The notes: generated by a model not told the origin, from the sequence alone. Numbered from the stretch's first letter, positions 51,989 through 63,364 are shown. The stretch: 64,000 nt of DNA from Candidatus Nomurabacteria bacterium (GCA_943356525.1 CALRFG010000005.1:2921-66920); one strand, 5' to 3'. Numbers and translations: made by a program.

Positions 51989-52762
51989 ATGCTTTCATGG
52001 TCATCTAAAAGAAAACTAGCCATCATATTATCCCTTTTTATATTATTCGGTACACCGATAGGTTTTTATGTTTATAAAAAACTACAAAAACCTGAATCAT
52101 GTTTTGACGACAAACAAAATCAAGACGAACGTGGTGTGGATTGCGGAGGTATTTGTCGTATAGCATGTTTAGCAAATGTAACAGCTGAACCTGCAATACA
52201 ATGGTCTAGAGCTTATTATGTAGCACCAGGTGTATATAACTTAACTGCTTATATACAAAACCCAAACATAGATTATATTTCAAAACCGACTAAATATATA
52301 TTTAGAGTATATGATGAAAAAAATATTTTAATAACTACACGAAAAGGTATTGTAGGTATTCCTACATCTAAAATTTTTCCTATATTTGAACCAACGGTAA
52401 GTACCGGTAATGGTATTCCTAAGATAGTTACATTTGAATTCGTCGAGCCTGTAACTTGGATAGAATATTTTGGAAATAAGCCTGAACTTGAGGTCGTAGA
52501 ACAGAAGTTAACACGTATAGACAGTTCACCAAAACTTGATGTTAAGATAGTAAACAAAACCTTGAATACTTTTAAAAACGTAGAAGTAGTTGCTATAATT
52601 TACGACGAAGAAGGTAATGGTGTTTTATCTTCTAGAACTTTTGTAGATAGTATAGGAGATAAAGGTGAGGCAAGTGTTGTATTTACGTGGCCCGAACCCA
52701 TATCTTTCAAGCCTTCGAAGATTGAAGTTATTCCAAACCTTGCTTTAAAGGAATATAAATAA
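51989..52762 (+). CDS. Membrane-anchored hypothetical protein with Cys-rich motif
   Basis: TM segment then SCFDDKQNQDERGVDCGGIC. Confidence 0.65.
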   Translation: MLSWSSKRKLAIILSLFILFGTPIGFYVYKKLQKPESCFDDKQNQDERGVDCGGICRIACLANVTAEPAIQWSRAYYVAPGVYNLTAYIQNPNIDYISKPTKYIFRVYDEKNILITTRKGIVGIPTSKIFPIFEPTVSTGNGIPKIVTFEFVEPVTWIEYFGNKPELEVVEQKLTRIDSSPKLDVKIVNKTLNTFKNVEVVAIIYDEEGNGVLSSRTFVDSIGDKGEASVVFTWPEPISFKPSKIEVIPNLALKEYK

Positions 52763-52784
52763 AGATAATTAAATAATATAATTG

Positions 52785-53918
52785 ATGATTAATTATCTGA
52801 AAAAAATACAAGTGGATTGGTATTTGATTATACCAGGTTTACTTTTGTCTATTTTTGCTTTATTTACACTTATATCTTTCGGTGAAATTTCGGCACGTTT
52901 TATAAAACAATCCGTTTGGGTATTGTTTGGACTGGGTTTATTTATATATTTACAAAAAACACATATTTATTTTTTAAAAAATAGAAAATTTATATTGACC
53001 ATATATGCTATATCAATAGCATCGCTACTGCTACTATTTATATCAGGTCATATAGCCAAAGGTGCGCAATCCTGGATAAAGCTTGGTTTTTTATCCATTC
53101 AACCAACTGACCCTGCCAAGTTGGTTTTAATTATACTTTTAGCAAAATATTTTTCAAAAAGGTATGTAGAGATATCAGTTTTTAAACATGTTTTTATCTC
53201 GGGGTTATATGCAGGGATTCTTGGGCTACTTGTTTTATTGCAACCTGACTTTGGATCCGCTATAACTATATTTGCTATCTGGGGAGGGATTATTTTTATC
53301 TCAGGACTTTCAAAAAAACAAGTTTTGTTTTTAGTTACTATTTCAATAATTATTCTTACATTAGGCTGGAACTTTGCATTTAAACAATATCAAAAAGATA
53401 GAGTTATAAATTTTATACATCCTATGCGTGACATAAGAGGTTCTGGATATAATCAATATCAGGCTGTTATAGCTGTAGGTTCAGGACAGATACTTGGTAA
53501 GGGTATAGGTTATGGAACTCAGTCAAAATTAAAGTTTTTACCAGAATACCAAACTGACTTTATTTTCTCAGCTTTTGCAGAAGAATGGGGATTTGTAGGT
53601 GTATGTATAGTATTGATTTTATTTTTGATAATGCTTTTACGCATACTCATTATAGCCATGAATGCTGACACTAATTTCAATGCACTGATAGCTTCGGGGG
53701 TATTTATATTTTTTGGTGTCCATGTGTTTATAAATATAGGTATGAATCTGGGTATTATGCCTATAACAGGTATTCCATTGCCGTTTATGAGCTACGGAGG
53801 TTCGCATATTCTTATAGAATTTATAGCACTAGGAATAGTCTCAAATATATCGATGGGTAAGAAAAATACAGGTATACAGCTAAATTCTTTGAAAAATGAG
53901 TTTGTAGGGTTCAATTAA
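52785..53918 (+). CDS. rodA: Rod shape-determining protein RodA (SEDS family)
   Basis: GAQSWI, QPDFGSA, LPEYQTDFIF, EEWGF, GIPLPFMSYGGS. Confidence 0.9.
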   Translation: MINYLKKIQVDWYLIIPGLLLSIFALFTLISFGEISARFIKQSVWVLFGLGLFIYLQKTHIYFLKNRKFILTIYAISIASLLLLFISGHIAKGAQSWIKLGFLSIQPTDPAKLVLIILLAKYFSKRYVEISVFKHVFISGLYAGILGLLVLLQPDFGSAITIFAIWGGIIFISGLSKKQVLFLVTISIIILTLGWNFAFKQYQKDRVINFIHPMRDIRGSGYNQYQAVIAVGSGQILGKGIGYGTQSKLKFLPEYQTDFIFSAFAEEWGFVGVCIVLILFLIMLLRILIIAMNADTNFNALIASGVFIFFGVHVFINIGMNLGIMPITGIPLPFMSYGGSHILIEFIALGIVSNISMGKKNTGIQLNSLKNEFVGFN

Positions 53919-54248
53919 GGAGTTTATTTTTCTCATTTCGTTTTTGATCCTCGATCCTTTGTCTAGGACAAAAGGTCTGCGGAGAAACTCATTCTATAAA
54001 ATAATTTTGGAAAAGATGAATGCTGGTTGTGTTTTTTTTATGATGTAAGATAAAGGGATTTTGTAGGTTTAGACTATTCGGTAATCCGTGTGAGGTGTTG
54101 AGCCATTGCGTATTTCGATGTCTTTTGGATAGTAATCAAGAGTGATTTGGGTGTAATCTTGTCTTAGACAAGTCTACAACACCATGCATTTGGTTTATGG
54201 CCATGATATAATTACTCCAACAAATTAACACCAAACATCAAAAAATAA

Positions 54249-57200
54249 ATGAATAAATTAAAACTATTACCAATCATTGCATTATTTGTAATAATTATCA
54301 GTTTAAATGTTCGTGCCGATATATCAAACGGACTCTTAACTCACCTTCCATTTGATGCTTCTGGGGCTACAGGATCACTCGCCGATACAAGTGGAGCTGG
54401 CTATAGTGCAGGAGTCTCAAGTACTAAACCAACTTGGGTTGCTGGAAAGTCTAGTTCACACGCATTGAAGTTCACAGGTGAGAATAATCCACTTACTCTC
54501 GCATCAGAAATTCCGATAAAAAATATTCCTGCGTTATCAGTTGCTATGTGGGTTAAGTTTGATACCTTAAGCTCATCTGATGAACACATTGTTTCAAACT
54601 ACTTAAACTCAGCAAACTTTACCATTGGTATAGTTAGAAATAAAGGCAATATAAAATGTAATGTTCGTACAACATATAATGTGAATGCACAAGCAACGTT
54701 TACAAACGACACTGCTAATTGGCATCATATCGCATGTGTGTATGACGGGTCTAAAGTTACTGTATATATTGACGGCATAGCGGGAAATTCAGTAGCTTTA
54801 ACAGGGAATACGTCTAACGCATTTAAAAATCTTACAATCGGTGGGTCAGGTGCATACTCTATTGATGATTTACGAATATACAATAGAGGTTTGAGTTCTG
54901 GGGATGTTTCTGAACTTGTGACACCTCCTGTTACAACTCCTCCAGTAGTCATACCTCCTGTTGTAACTCCGCCAGCTACAACTCCACCAGTAGTAGCTAC
55001 TCCCATCAGTACTGTAGGTACAGTTGGTGTTGGAAATTCAATAACGCACAAAGTAGCTATGATTGATTTTACATGGCAATTTAATTGCGGAGGGAGAGCG
55101 TGTAAATATGGACAATTCGTAAACGGTGATTATTGGGTTGTGCCAATCGATGACCAAGGAAACAATACTGGAACTGTAACTATTACAAATATTTCTCCAG
55201 TAAGTACTACAGATGTATCAGGAAAGACTGTTTCTCATGGTGCTGAAGTGAATCCAATCGTCGATGGATTTCAGGGGCTTATGCCAATGTATCCGGATCT
55301 CTACAGAGCTTCAAGAAATATTATGCTTCAATTGCCATATACTGCAAATCCTGGAGATTCAATATTTAAATCATATGTCATTACCGCTGTAGGTCCAACC
55401 CTTACAGTACCATATCACCTTGGAGGTGGGGGAGGAACAAAACCTAAGTGCAGACCGCCTGGCTGTGTAGGTTCAAACGATGTGCTTACTATTTTACCAG
55501 CAATTCCACCAAACAACGGAGCCACAGTTTTCCGCCCTCCGTTCTCTGGAACTTGGAAACCATTATTTACTACTGACAAAGTGCGCTTTGAGCGATTGGC
55601 ATCTATCCCTGCTGTAAGTGCAACATTTAAGGGTGGATTCCAGGCAAATGCAGACAGGGCTGTATATATGCAACTACCTGCTATGTATGAGTTGCTTTCT
55701 GCCGGCGACACGTATAGAGATATTGTACCGTTGTATGCTATGGAAGGGTATGCAAGAGATCAGGCAACTGCGTTTGATGGAAGTGTACACTTGACATTAG
55801 GGTCAGAAACAAATACACAAAAGGCTCCTATTGTCTATGCACTGATGCAAAAAGGAATTGATAAATATGCCATGTTTAGAGCAGGGATAGGATTTGGATC
55901 AGGAGCAGGACAAAGATTGGGAAAGAAAGGCCCTATTGCATACTTTGCGGCACTTTACGATGACACTTCAATTTTAAATCAAGTGAGAGCGATTGCAACT
56001 GATCCTAAGTATCGAGGATTTTTCCAAGAAGATACACAAGTAAAAAGAAATAAATTCGGAGTTCCGATTTGGGGTGATTTTGCACCGGAAAGTTACTATT
56101 GGTCAGAATACATGTCAGAGTGGCGAGGCTTTAACGGTTATGTAGGTGGAGCTGTAGGTGGTCGAGGAGATCCGTATGGATATATTGACGGAGGAAGTGG
56201 TAAATCCACTAAATCATATCAAGGTGTTACCTCAGGGCCGTTTGCAATATTTACCTTTAATCAACTTCTAATGCCATGGTATCGATATGCCAACGGTTAT
56301 GATGCATTGATTGAATATATTGATCGAATGAGAGGTAGGAACACTCTAGGAAACGTTGGCGGATGGTATGGTAAGTCAGACCTATGTGCTGGTGTTGATA
56401 CTCGAGAATTGCCAACATGTGACCCATTTAATGAGAGTACATGTAAATATTACAAAAAAACATGGGGTCCTGACCCTGTAAACCCAGGACAATGTCTGTT
56501 ACATAGTGCGAATCCGGCAACTACATTGAACGGAAGGTGGACAAATTTACATGGAGCTAACTCAGATCCTACTGAGGGATTTGGAAATGCTGTAACGAAT
56601 AGTCTTTGGAACTCACTCCGAGATTGTTTAGATCCTGCTCATTCAACTTATGGAACAGGACTATGTACAAGTATGGGGGCTGAAGGACCGGATGGAAACC
56701 CTGCCTTAAATCCTCCAGTCACTACTCCATTTTCTAATTATTTCAATCTTACAGTTGAAAGAATTGGCAATGGAGGAGGGTATGTTCTTGGAAAATATTC
56801 TCCACTAAATTGTGGAATTTTATGTACTATCTCATTTTTTGTTGCAGGAGCACCTAAACTTATTGCGGTTCCTGATGCTGGAAGTGTGTTTAGTGGATGG
56901 AGTGGTACAGGAAGATGTAGAGGGTCCTTAACTGAGTGCTACCCCTCACTTTACAATGACATAACAGTAAAGGCCAACTTCACAAGAGTAGGCGCTGCGG
57001 TTTCTTCTCCAACCATAGACTCTCGACCAATATCATTTATCGAATCAACAAAAGCATGGGGTAATGCAAGTGTTACTTCAATAGGTGGAGGGTTTATTAA
57101 TTCTCGAGGTTTCCAATTTGGGACAACTACTGCATACGGAAGAGCAACAGTTGAAAACGGTTCATTCAACATTGGAAACTTTGGTGCGCCTATAAGAGAT

Positions 57201-58559
57201 TTAGTTTGTAATACTACATACAACGCTCGTCCATATGTAATCAATGCCGGAGGAATAGCATATGGCTCTAACGTTGTGTTTACAACTGCATCTTGTGATG
57301 GAAAAAATCCTGGAACAACAACAGTTCCTCCGGTAACTACAACTCCTATTACAGATAATGATAAAGACGGAGTTGTCGAATCAATCGACTTCTGTCCAGG
57401 AACCCCAGCTGGAATGAAAGAGTTTGTAAACACTCGCGGATGTATTAAACCTAAATTTTCAACATTTGATATTAAACCAGATGATACAAACCTTGACCTC
57501 TCCTCTATCTCATTTCTTGAGCTTGGTAAGACAAATGTAGGTAAGATTAAATGGATCCCTGCTGTACAATTGACTCGAAGTGATGCACGGCTTGATGTAG
57601 ACACTAACCTGACATTTTCAACAAAGAAGATCACACTCAACTCAGCTAATCTTCCAGAACTTAACAAACCTGCACAAATTACATTGTATGGTATTACAGA
57701 GACTAGACCTAAAATCTTGAAAGATGGTTTGGAGTGTACGACTTGTGTGATTAATTCATTTGTAAATGGAATACTGGTGTTCACTGTTACTGGATTTTCA
57801 ACTTATGAAGTAAAAGAAGGAACCGCTCCAGTTGTAATCGTTGTAACAACAACCTCAGAAACTGTACCTGTAACTTCTGCTCCAGCACCAGTTTACAGTG
57901 GTGGAGATGGGAGCTATACCTCTCCTACAAATGCCTCTGTCTCAACACAAAACACACAAACTACAGCAAGCACAGTACCTCAAGTAAACTTCAACTTCAC
58001 CCGAAACCTCACACTAGGCTCAAAAGGAGTTGATGTAAAGGCACTTCAAGTAATCCTAAATAGTCTACAGTTTAAAATCTCAGCAGTAGGTGCAGGATCA
58101 CCAGGCTTAGAGTCAGACTACTTCGGCCCAGCAACCAAAAACTCCTTGGGAAGATATCAGCTATCAAAAAAGATATTCCCAGCTCTAGGATACTTTGGAC
58201 TTCGCACAAGAGCAGTCATTAACAAAGAAACATCACCAACACAAACATCTGCACCCTCCGCTTCTACTACCACTTCTGTTACTACTAGTTTAATAAAAAA
58301 GCCAATACTAAAATTTGGAGACAGTGGCGCAGATGTCAAAGCACTTCGAACCAAACTTCGAAACCTTGGATATTCATCAGCTTATGGAACTGCAGGTGTA
58401 CCGACATCAGCTTCAGTCGAAACAACATTTTTTGGAACAGAGACTTTGACTCAAGTAAAGAAGTTCCAATGTGACAAGCTATCAATCTGTTCAGGGTCTC
58501 CAACAACCAATGGATATGGTACAGTTGGACCAAAGACAATGGCAAGTTTGGAATTGTAA
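54249..58559 (+). CDS. Giant secreted multidomain surface protein (LamG/ConA, unknown core, Ig/FN3-like, TSP3-like, two peptidoglycan-binding domains)
   Basis: Signal peptide; WHHIACVYDG...IDDLRIYNRGLS; PPV(T) linker; DNDKDGV...DFCPGTP; RNLTLGSKGVDVKALQ and LKFGDSGADVKAL. Confidence 0.75.
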   Translation: MNKLKLLPIIALFVIIISLNVRADISNGLLTHLPFDASGATGSLADTSGAGYSAGVSSTKPTWVAGKSSSHALKFTGENNPLTLASEIPIKNIPALSVAMWVKFDTLSSSDEHIVSNYLNSANFTIGIVRNKGNIKCNVRTTYNVNAQATFTNDTANWHHIACVYDGSKVTVYIDGIAGNSVALTGNTSNAFKNLTIGGSGAYSIDDLRIYNRGLSSGDVSELVTPPVTTPPVVIPPVVTPPATTPPVVATPISTVGTVGVGNSITHKVAMIDFTWQFNCGGRACKYGQFVNGDYWVVPIDDQGNNTGTVTITNISPVSTTDVSGKTVSHGAEVNPIVDGFQGLMPMYPDLYRASRNIMLQLPYTANPGDSIFKSYVITAVGPTLTVPYHLGGGGGTKPKCRPPGCVGSNDVLTILPAIPPNNGATVFRPPFSGTWKPLFTTDKVRFERLASIPAVSATFKGGFQANADRAVYMQLPAMYELLSAGDTYRDIVPLYAMEGYARDQATAFDGSVHLTLGSETNTQKAPIVYALMQKGIDKYAMFRAGIGFGSGAGQRLGKKGPIAYFAALYDDTSILNQVRAIATDPKYRGFFQEDTQVKRNKFGVPIWGDFAPESYYWSEYMSEWRGFNGYVGGAVGGRGDPYGYIDGGSGKSTKSYQGVTSGPFAIFTFNQLLMPWYRYANGYDALIEYIDRMRGRNTLGNVGGWYGKSDLCAGVDTRELPTCDPFNESTCKYYKKTWGPDPVNPGQCLLHSANPATTLNGRWTNLHGANSDPTEGFGNAVTNSLWNSLRDCLDPAHSTYGTGLCTSMGAEGPDGNPALNPPVTTPFSNYFNLTVERIGNGGGYVLGKYSPLNCGILCTISFFVAGAPKLIAVPDAGSVFSGWSGTGRCRGSLTECYPSLYNDITVKANFTRVGAAVSSPTIDSRPISFIESTKAWGNASVTSIGGGFINSRGFQFGTTTAYGRATVENGSFNIGNFGAPIRDLVCNTTYNARPYVINAGGIAYGSNVVFTTASCDGKNPGTTTVPPVTTTPITDNDKDGVVESIDFCPGTPAGMKEFVNTRGCIKPKFSTFDIKPDDTNLDLSSISFLELGKTNVGKIKWIPAVQLTRSDARLDVDTNLTFSTKKITLNSANLPELNKPAQITLYGITETRPKILKDGLECTTCVINSFVNGILVFTVTGFSTYEVKEGTAPVVIVVTTTSETVPVTSAPAPVYSGGDGSYTSPTNASVSTQNTQTTASTVPQVNFNFTRNLTLGSKGVDVKALQVILNSLQFKISAVGAGSPGLESDYFGPATKNSLGRYQLSKKIFPALGYFGLRTRAVINKETSPTQTSAPSASTTTSVTTSLIKKPILKFGDSGADVKALRTKLRNLGYSSAYGTAGVPTSASVETTFFGTETLTQVKKFQCDKLSICSGSPTTNGYGTVGPKTMASLEL

Positions 58560-58696
58560 AGGTGATAGATAGAGATCGTAAACAAAAACACTACAAAGTG
58601 AGTAGTGTTTTTGTTTACAGTATGAAATACTGGATTGTATTTGTGTTTCAGGTAGGGAAGAAGATGATTTGATATTTGTCTCAGTTCAAGGTTCGA

Positions 58697-58822
58697 TTGA
58701 AAAATCATAAACTAACAGCTGGACTTTTAAAATCCATAAAAGAGGTTATTGTGCAATACAAAAAAGGAAGTATGAAAACCTACAAAAATGCAGGTGAGCT
58801 CTTTAAATCTTTAGGTATATAA
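58697..58822 (+). pseudogene. Possible antitoxin (RelB/DinJ-like) C-terminal remnant
   Basis: ...KKGSMKTYKNAGELFKSLGI*; TTG start, no partner toxin. Confidence 0.25.
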
Positions 58823-58873
58823 ACCCATTTCCCCCTACCCAAAACTCAAAAAATGAGTATAATAATATCTTAT

Positions 58874-60130
58874 ATGACAAGAACAAGACTTTGGGCCATT
58901 ATAATAGTTCTTATTTCAGGACTATTGGCTCTATACCTAAACAACACTTATCAAACTTCACCCTTTAAACTTGGCCTCGATTTAAACGGAGGAATACACC
59001 TAGTATACAAAGCAGATATCTCTAAAGTTGCCAAAGAGGAAGTTGGACCTTCTATGGAAACTTTGAAAAATGTTATCGAAGCTCGTATAAACTCTGATGG
59101 AAGAAAAGAGTCTACTGTACAAACTGAAGGGCAAGATAAACTTATAGTTGAGATACCTGGAGTGTCTGATACAAAAGAGGCTATAGAGCTTATTGGGCAA
59201 ACTCCAGTACTTACTTTTTCTCTTATAGAAGAAGTTGCAACATCTACTAGAGTATCAGCAACATCAACTGCCATGGCTACAACCACAGAGCAGATATTAG
59301 TACCAACTTTGCTTACAGGTAAATACATAAAGACTGCTCGTGTAGAATACGATGGAACAACAAATAAACCTCAAATTGGTATCGTGTTTGACAGTGAAGG
59401 TTCAAAGCTTTTTGCTGAAATAACAAAAACAAATATAGGTAAACAACTAGCTATACTTTTAGATGGACAAGTTATATCTGCTCCAACTATACAATCAGAG
59501 ATATTGGGTGGACAAGCTCAGATTTCAGGAACATTCTCTATACAAGAAGCCAACGCTTTGTCACGTAGTTTGAAATTTGGTGCGCTACCTATACCCATAG
59601 AACTTGTTGGTAATCAAACTATAGGTGCTTCACTTGGAACTGATGCTTTAAATAAAAGTATAAATGCTGGTATATATGGGTTTGTCATAGTAGCTTTGTT
59701 CTTGATAGTTTGGTATAGATTTAGAGGTCTTGTAGCATCTATTGCCTTAGCTGTTTACGTTATATTAAACCTAGTGATATTCAAGATATTTGGCATAACT
59801 TTAACATCTGCTGGACTAGCTGCATTTATTATATCTATGGGTATGGCAGTCGATGGAAACATTCTTATCTTTGAGCGTATGAGAGAGGAGTTGAAACGTG
59901 GTAAATCAAAACACGAAGCACTTAAAGCTGGTTTTGAAAGAGCTTGGCCATCTATAAGAGATTCAAATATCTCATCTATGATCACTGCATTCATACTGTT
60001 TGCTTTCGCAGCTTCACCTCTTATAAAGGGATTTGCTATAGTATTTTTCATAGGTGTAGCTGTATCGATGTTTACATCAGTTATAGTCTCTAAAAACCTA
60101 TTATTAGCAATGTCTAAAAAAAATAAATAA
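58874..60130 (+). CDS. secD: Protein translocase subunit SecD
   Basis: LGLDLNGG, LAILLDGQVISAP, GMAVDGNILIFER, IRDSN. Confidence 0.95.
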   Translation: MTRTRLWAIIIVLISGLLALYLNNTYQTSPFKLGLDLNGGIHLVYKADISKVAKEEVGPSMETLKNVIEARINSDGRKESTVQTEGQDKLIVEIPGVSDTKEAIELIGQTPVLTFSLIEEVATSTRVSATSTAMATTTEQILVPTLLTGKYIKTARVEYDGTTNKPQIGIVFDSEGSKLFAEITKTNIGKQLAILLDGQVISAPTIQSEILGGQAQISGTFSIQEANALSRSLKFGALPIPIELVGNQTIGASLGTDALNKSINAGIYGFVIVALFLIVWYRFRGLVASIALAVYVILNLVIFKIFGITLTSAGLAAFIISMGMAVDGNILIFERMREELKRGKSKHEALKAGFERAWPSIRDSNISSMITAFILFAFAASPLIKGFAIVFFIGVAVSMFTSVIVSKNLLLAMSKKNK

Positions 60131-60148
60131 TAAAATAAATACAAATAT

Positions 60149-61045
60149 ATGCTTATAGTTAAAAACAGAATCGTATTCTACATATTTTCATTCCTACTTA
60201 TAGGCGTGTCATTATTCTCTTACTTTAAATATGGCTTAAATTACGGTATAGATTTTACAGGCGGATCAAGTATAGAAGTACAGCCTATAGCTTCTTCAAC
60301 AAATATTTCCATGATAGATGCTAAAAAAGTTTTAGATCAAAATTTTTCAGATACCACAGTTAGACCTTATGGTGAGAAAGGTTTTATAATAAGAACAAAA
60401 GAAGTTATAGATGCAAAAGATCTAACTTTGAATAATAAATTAGCTTCAGTTTTACCAACACATCAGATAGCAAGAGTTGACACTATTGGTCCAACACTAG
60501 GTGCTGAGTTAAAACAAAAATCAATTACATCAATCATACTAGTATTGTTAGCCATAGTTCTGTTTATTACTTTTGCTTTCAGACAAGTTTCAGGTACAGT
60601 TTCTTCTTGGAAATATGGTTTAGCTGCTATCATAGCTTTATTTCACGATGTCGTGGTGCCTGTGGGATTTTTTGCAATCATGAATCATTTCTTCGGAGGT
60701 TATGAAATAGATGCTTTGTTTATTACAGCTTTACTTGTTGTTCTTGGTTTCTCTATACACGATACAATTGTGGTGTTTGACCGTGTACGTGAGAACTTGA
60801 GAGTAAGCAAAGATAAAAACTTTGAAAATATTGTAGGCGCATCTGTTTCAGAGACGTTTATACGATCTATCAACACATCTTTGACTACCATTTTGGCTTT
60901 GATTGCAGTTTATGTTTGGGGTCCTGACACAACACGTCACTTTGCTCTTGTGCTTATTGTCGGTATAGCAGCAGGAACATATTCATCTATATTTGTAGGG
61001 TCAAACCTGTTGGTGACTATGTCAAAGTGGGGGAAAGGAAAGTAG
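60149..61045 (+). CDS. secF: Protein translocase subunit SecF
   Basis: GIDFTGG, IGPTLG, HDV, DTIVVFDRVRE, RSINTSLT, GTYSSIF. Confidence 0.95.
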   Translation: MLIVKNRIVFYIFSFLLIGVSLFSYFKYGLNYGIDFTGGSSIEVQPIASSTNISMIDAKKVLDQNFSDTTVRPYGEKGFIIRTKEVIDAKDLTLNNKLASVLPTHQIARVDTIGPTLGAELKQKSITSIILVLLAIVLFITFAFRQVSGTVSSWKYGLAAIIALFHDVVVPVGFFAIMNHFFGGYEIDALFITALLVVLGFSIHDTIVVFDRVRENLRVSKDKNFENIVGASVSETFIRSINTSLTTILALIAVYVWGPDTTRHFALVLIVGIAAGTYSSIFVGSNLLVTMSKWGKGK

Positions 61046-61280
61046 GGTTTGGTGACACTTTAGTGTTGTATATTTAGGAAAATGGAAAAACCGCCTGAGA
61101 GGTGGTTTTTTGTTGATTGACGACGCTTTCTTGACTTATTGGTATATTATGTGCTATAATGTGTATGTAATCTTTCCTTCAATCTCCTGTATACCAATTC
61201 TGGTATTTAGGATCTTTGAAGGAAAGGATAGTTCCTTAACAAAGACTGACTTCTACTATCCAACAAATAAACTGACTGAA

Positions 61281-62669
61281 ATGCAAAATAATAGATATAT
61301 TGGCCGGATCGTAACTGTTCCGGGAAGAGAAGATTATGCCTTCATTGGTATTTCAACTGTATCACTTGAAAAGGATGGGGGTTATCAAGATTTAGGAACT
61401 GCAGATATTTTTATCCACCAGGATGAATGTTCTGTAGAACTTATAGTTGGTACCAAGGTTGGATTTAATGTAATTCCGGACCTTAATCGTGGTGAAGGAT
61501 TTTTCCGTGCCACTGGTGCAATTCAACATGTTGAAGAACTTGAGCTTATGCCTGAGGGAAAACCGATGGAAGGGTTCAATGCGCTGATGCCGTTTGGTTC
61601 TAGTAATGGAAACCTGATTGTTGCTGCGACTCCTGCACAGAATAAAATGAAGGATGTTGATCCTGAGGTCGTTAAAACCGTCCTCGCGAATCAACCTGCT
61701 TCTGGAGTTCCTCGAGATTCATCTGTACCGCCTAACGTTACAGATCTACTAAAGGAGTTTCTATTGTTCTTGTTTCCTGCAATGGAACAATTCGGTAGTC
61801 ATTTCCGTATTGATGCTAACGAAGAAGAGCTGCAAATACAGATGAATGAGGCACAGGTGCTTCATACGGATATGGGTATGTTGGATCAACTTGTGTTACT
61901 TGAGGAAGAATTTAAAAAATTTCTCTCGTTTCGCAAGGCACTGATGTTGATGGTTCAGGAAAATTTGGTACGGCGTGATACGATCATTCCCATTGAATAT
62001 CTTCCTGACTTTTTTACAGCAGTGCCCGTTTGGTATTTATGGGCTGACGAAGCTGGGGTGCGTGACTCCGATAATGCACAAATTAGTGACGATCCTCAAG
62101 TTCATAAATCAACTGATTATTTTTGTGACTTGTTTCCCAATCAAAATTGGGCTGACATGTTCCAGATGTTTAATCGTAGGTTCAGGACATTGAAGATGTA
62201 TAAAGGTGATCTTATTCCCCCGGCAGTTATGCGACGTATGAAAGAGGCAAGTCAACATTTCGATTACGTTGTTATTATGACACCGTATCACGATGTTGTA
62301 GGCAGGGACTGGCAAGATGCTGTATGGATGAGATCTATTGATCCCTATGTTGTAGGCTTTAAGAAAGGGATACCATATTTCTTCATTTTGGCACGGTTTA
62401 GTGACTCTGGAACCTTTCCACTCTTTGCAGAGTTGATTGGCGATACTGTCGAATTCCTACGTACAAATAAGTCTAAGCTTAACGGATTCAATTCTACGCA
62501 AAATCCTTATTGGCACACTGCGGGTGGAAGTCATGGATCATATCGTAGTGGTCACGGACTTGGTAATCACCTTAAAGCTGTGGCACAAAATGCTCTGAAA
62601 GCATTTGATCAAGGAATATTGTTTGATTGGCTTCGAGGCAAAGTCACAGACGAGGAGCTCAACAATTGA
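61281..62669 (+). CDS. Hypothetical protein with N-terminal cold-shock/OB-like domain
   Basis: YAFIGI...DIFIHQ (RNP-like motifs); ATG at 61281 preferred because the upstream track region overlaps a terminator and promoter. Confidence 0.6.
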   Translation: MQNNRYIGRIVTVPGREDYAFIGISTVSLEKDGGYQDLGTADIFIHQDECSVELIVGTKVGFNVIPDLNRGEGFFRATGAIQHVEELELMPEGKPMEGFNALMPFGSSNGNLIVAATPAQNKMKDVDPEVVKTVLANQPASGVPRDSSVPPNVTDLLKEFLLFLFPAMEQFGSHFRIDANEEELQIQMNEAQVLHTDMGMLDQLVLLEEEFKKFLSFRKALMLMVQENLVRRDTIIPIEYLPDFFTAVPVWYLWADEAGVRDSDNAQISDDPQVHKSTDYFCDLFPNQNWADMFQMFNRRFRTLKMYKGDLIPPAVMRRMKEASQHFDYVVIMTPYHDVVGRDWQDAVWMRSIDPYVVGFKKGIPYFFILARFSDSGTFPLFAELIGDTVEFLRTNKSKLNGFNSTQNPYWHTAGGSHGSYRSGHGLGNHLKAVAQNALKAFDQGILFDWLRGKVTDEELNN

Positions 62670-62702
62670 TGGAAGTATCAGGGACTTGATTCCATAACTT
62701 CC

Positions 62703-62740
62703 AACCCGGCACGACATAACAGTCGTCGCCGGGTTTTTTT
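62703..62740 (+). terminator. Intrinsic terminator
   Basis: AACCCGGC-ACGAC...GTCGT-C-GCCGGGTT followed by a T-run. Confidence 0.75.
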
Positions 62741-62818
62741 ATTCCAATTTTTAATAAAAGAAAAACGCTGAGACCTTTAATAGGTCCCAGCGTGATTGGG
62801 TGGGTGATTCACTCAGGG

Positions 62819-63202
62819 TTAGTTGTCCAGTGCGTGCTGCACAACTTCTACTTCAGTGTTGAAGTAATGAGTCACTCCACGGGTAACAGTTAGAAACGGT
62901 CCTTTCATCAGACCTGTTCCTTTCGCCGATGGCACTTCGATGGTGACTAGTTGTCCTTGCGGGGTAACTTTTCCACCAACCAACGGCTTTACTTTCTGCC
63001 CAATTACGAAGATGGCGGAGCCTTTCTTCGTGATGGATTGGATCGAATAGTACGATCCAATCTCGGGCTGAAGCAAGCTTTGGTATGTTTGTATCTTTGA
63101 TACATCATCCATAAGGTTTATACCTTTGTTGGAATACATGAGTCCAACAGCGGCAAGACTTGCAATAATGCCAAACATAACAACGATTTTAAATATTTTC
63201 AT
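62819..63202 (-). CDS. Hypothetical membrane-anchored protein
   Basis: N-terminal TM segment; terminator-like hairpin CGCTGAGACCT/AGGTCCCAGCG downstream. Confidence 0.55.
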   Translation of the reverse strand: MKIFKIVVMFGIIASLAAVGLMYSNKGINLMDDVSKIQTYQSLLQPEIGSYYSIQSITKKGSAIFVIGQKVKPLVGGKVTPQGQLVTIEVPSAKGTGLMKGPFLTVTRGVTHYFNTEVEVVQHALDN

Positions 63203-63364
63203 ATAGGGTACAGTGTAGAGTCCTAAGCGACATTGCTTTGGATATGCATATTATATACTATATAAACAATAAAGTCAAGTCTAATACAAAAACCCACGAA
63301 CGCTTATAATCTAATACTCAAAAAACCCCGCCAAACCACCTATATTTTGCTATAATATTCCCAT

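Noticed and set aside
56951-57784. 277-aa minus-strand ORF
   Set aside because: Antisense to the 1436-aa surface protein; no recognisable motifs
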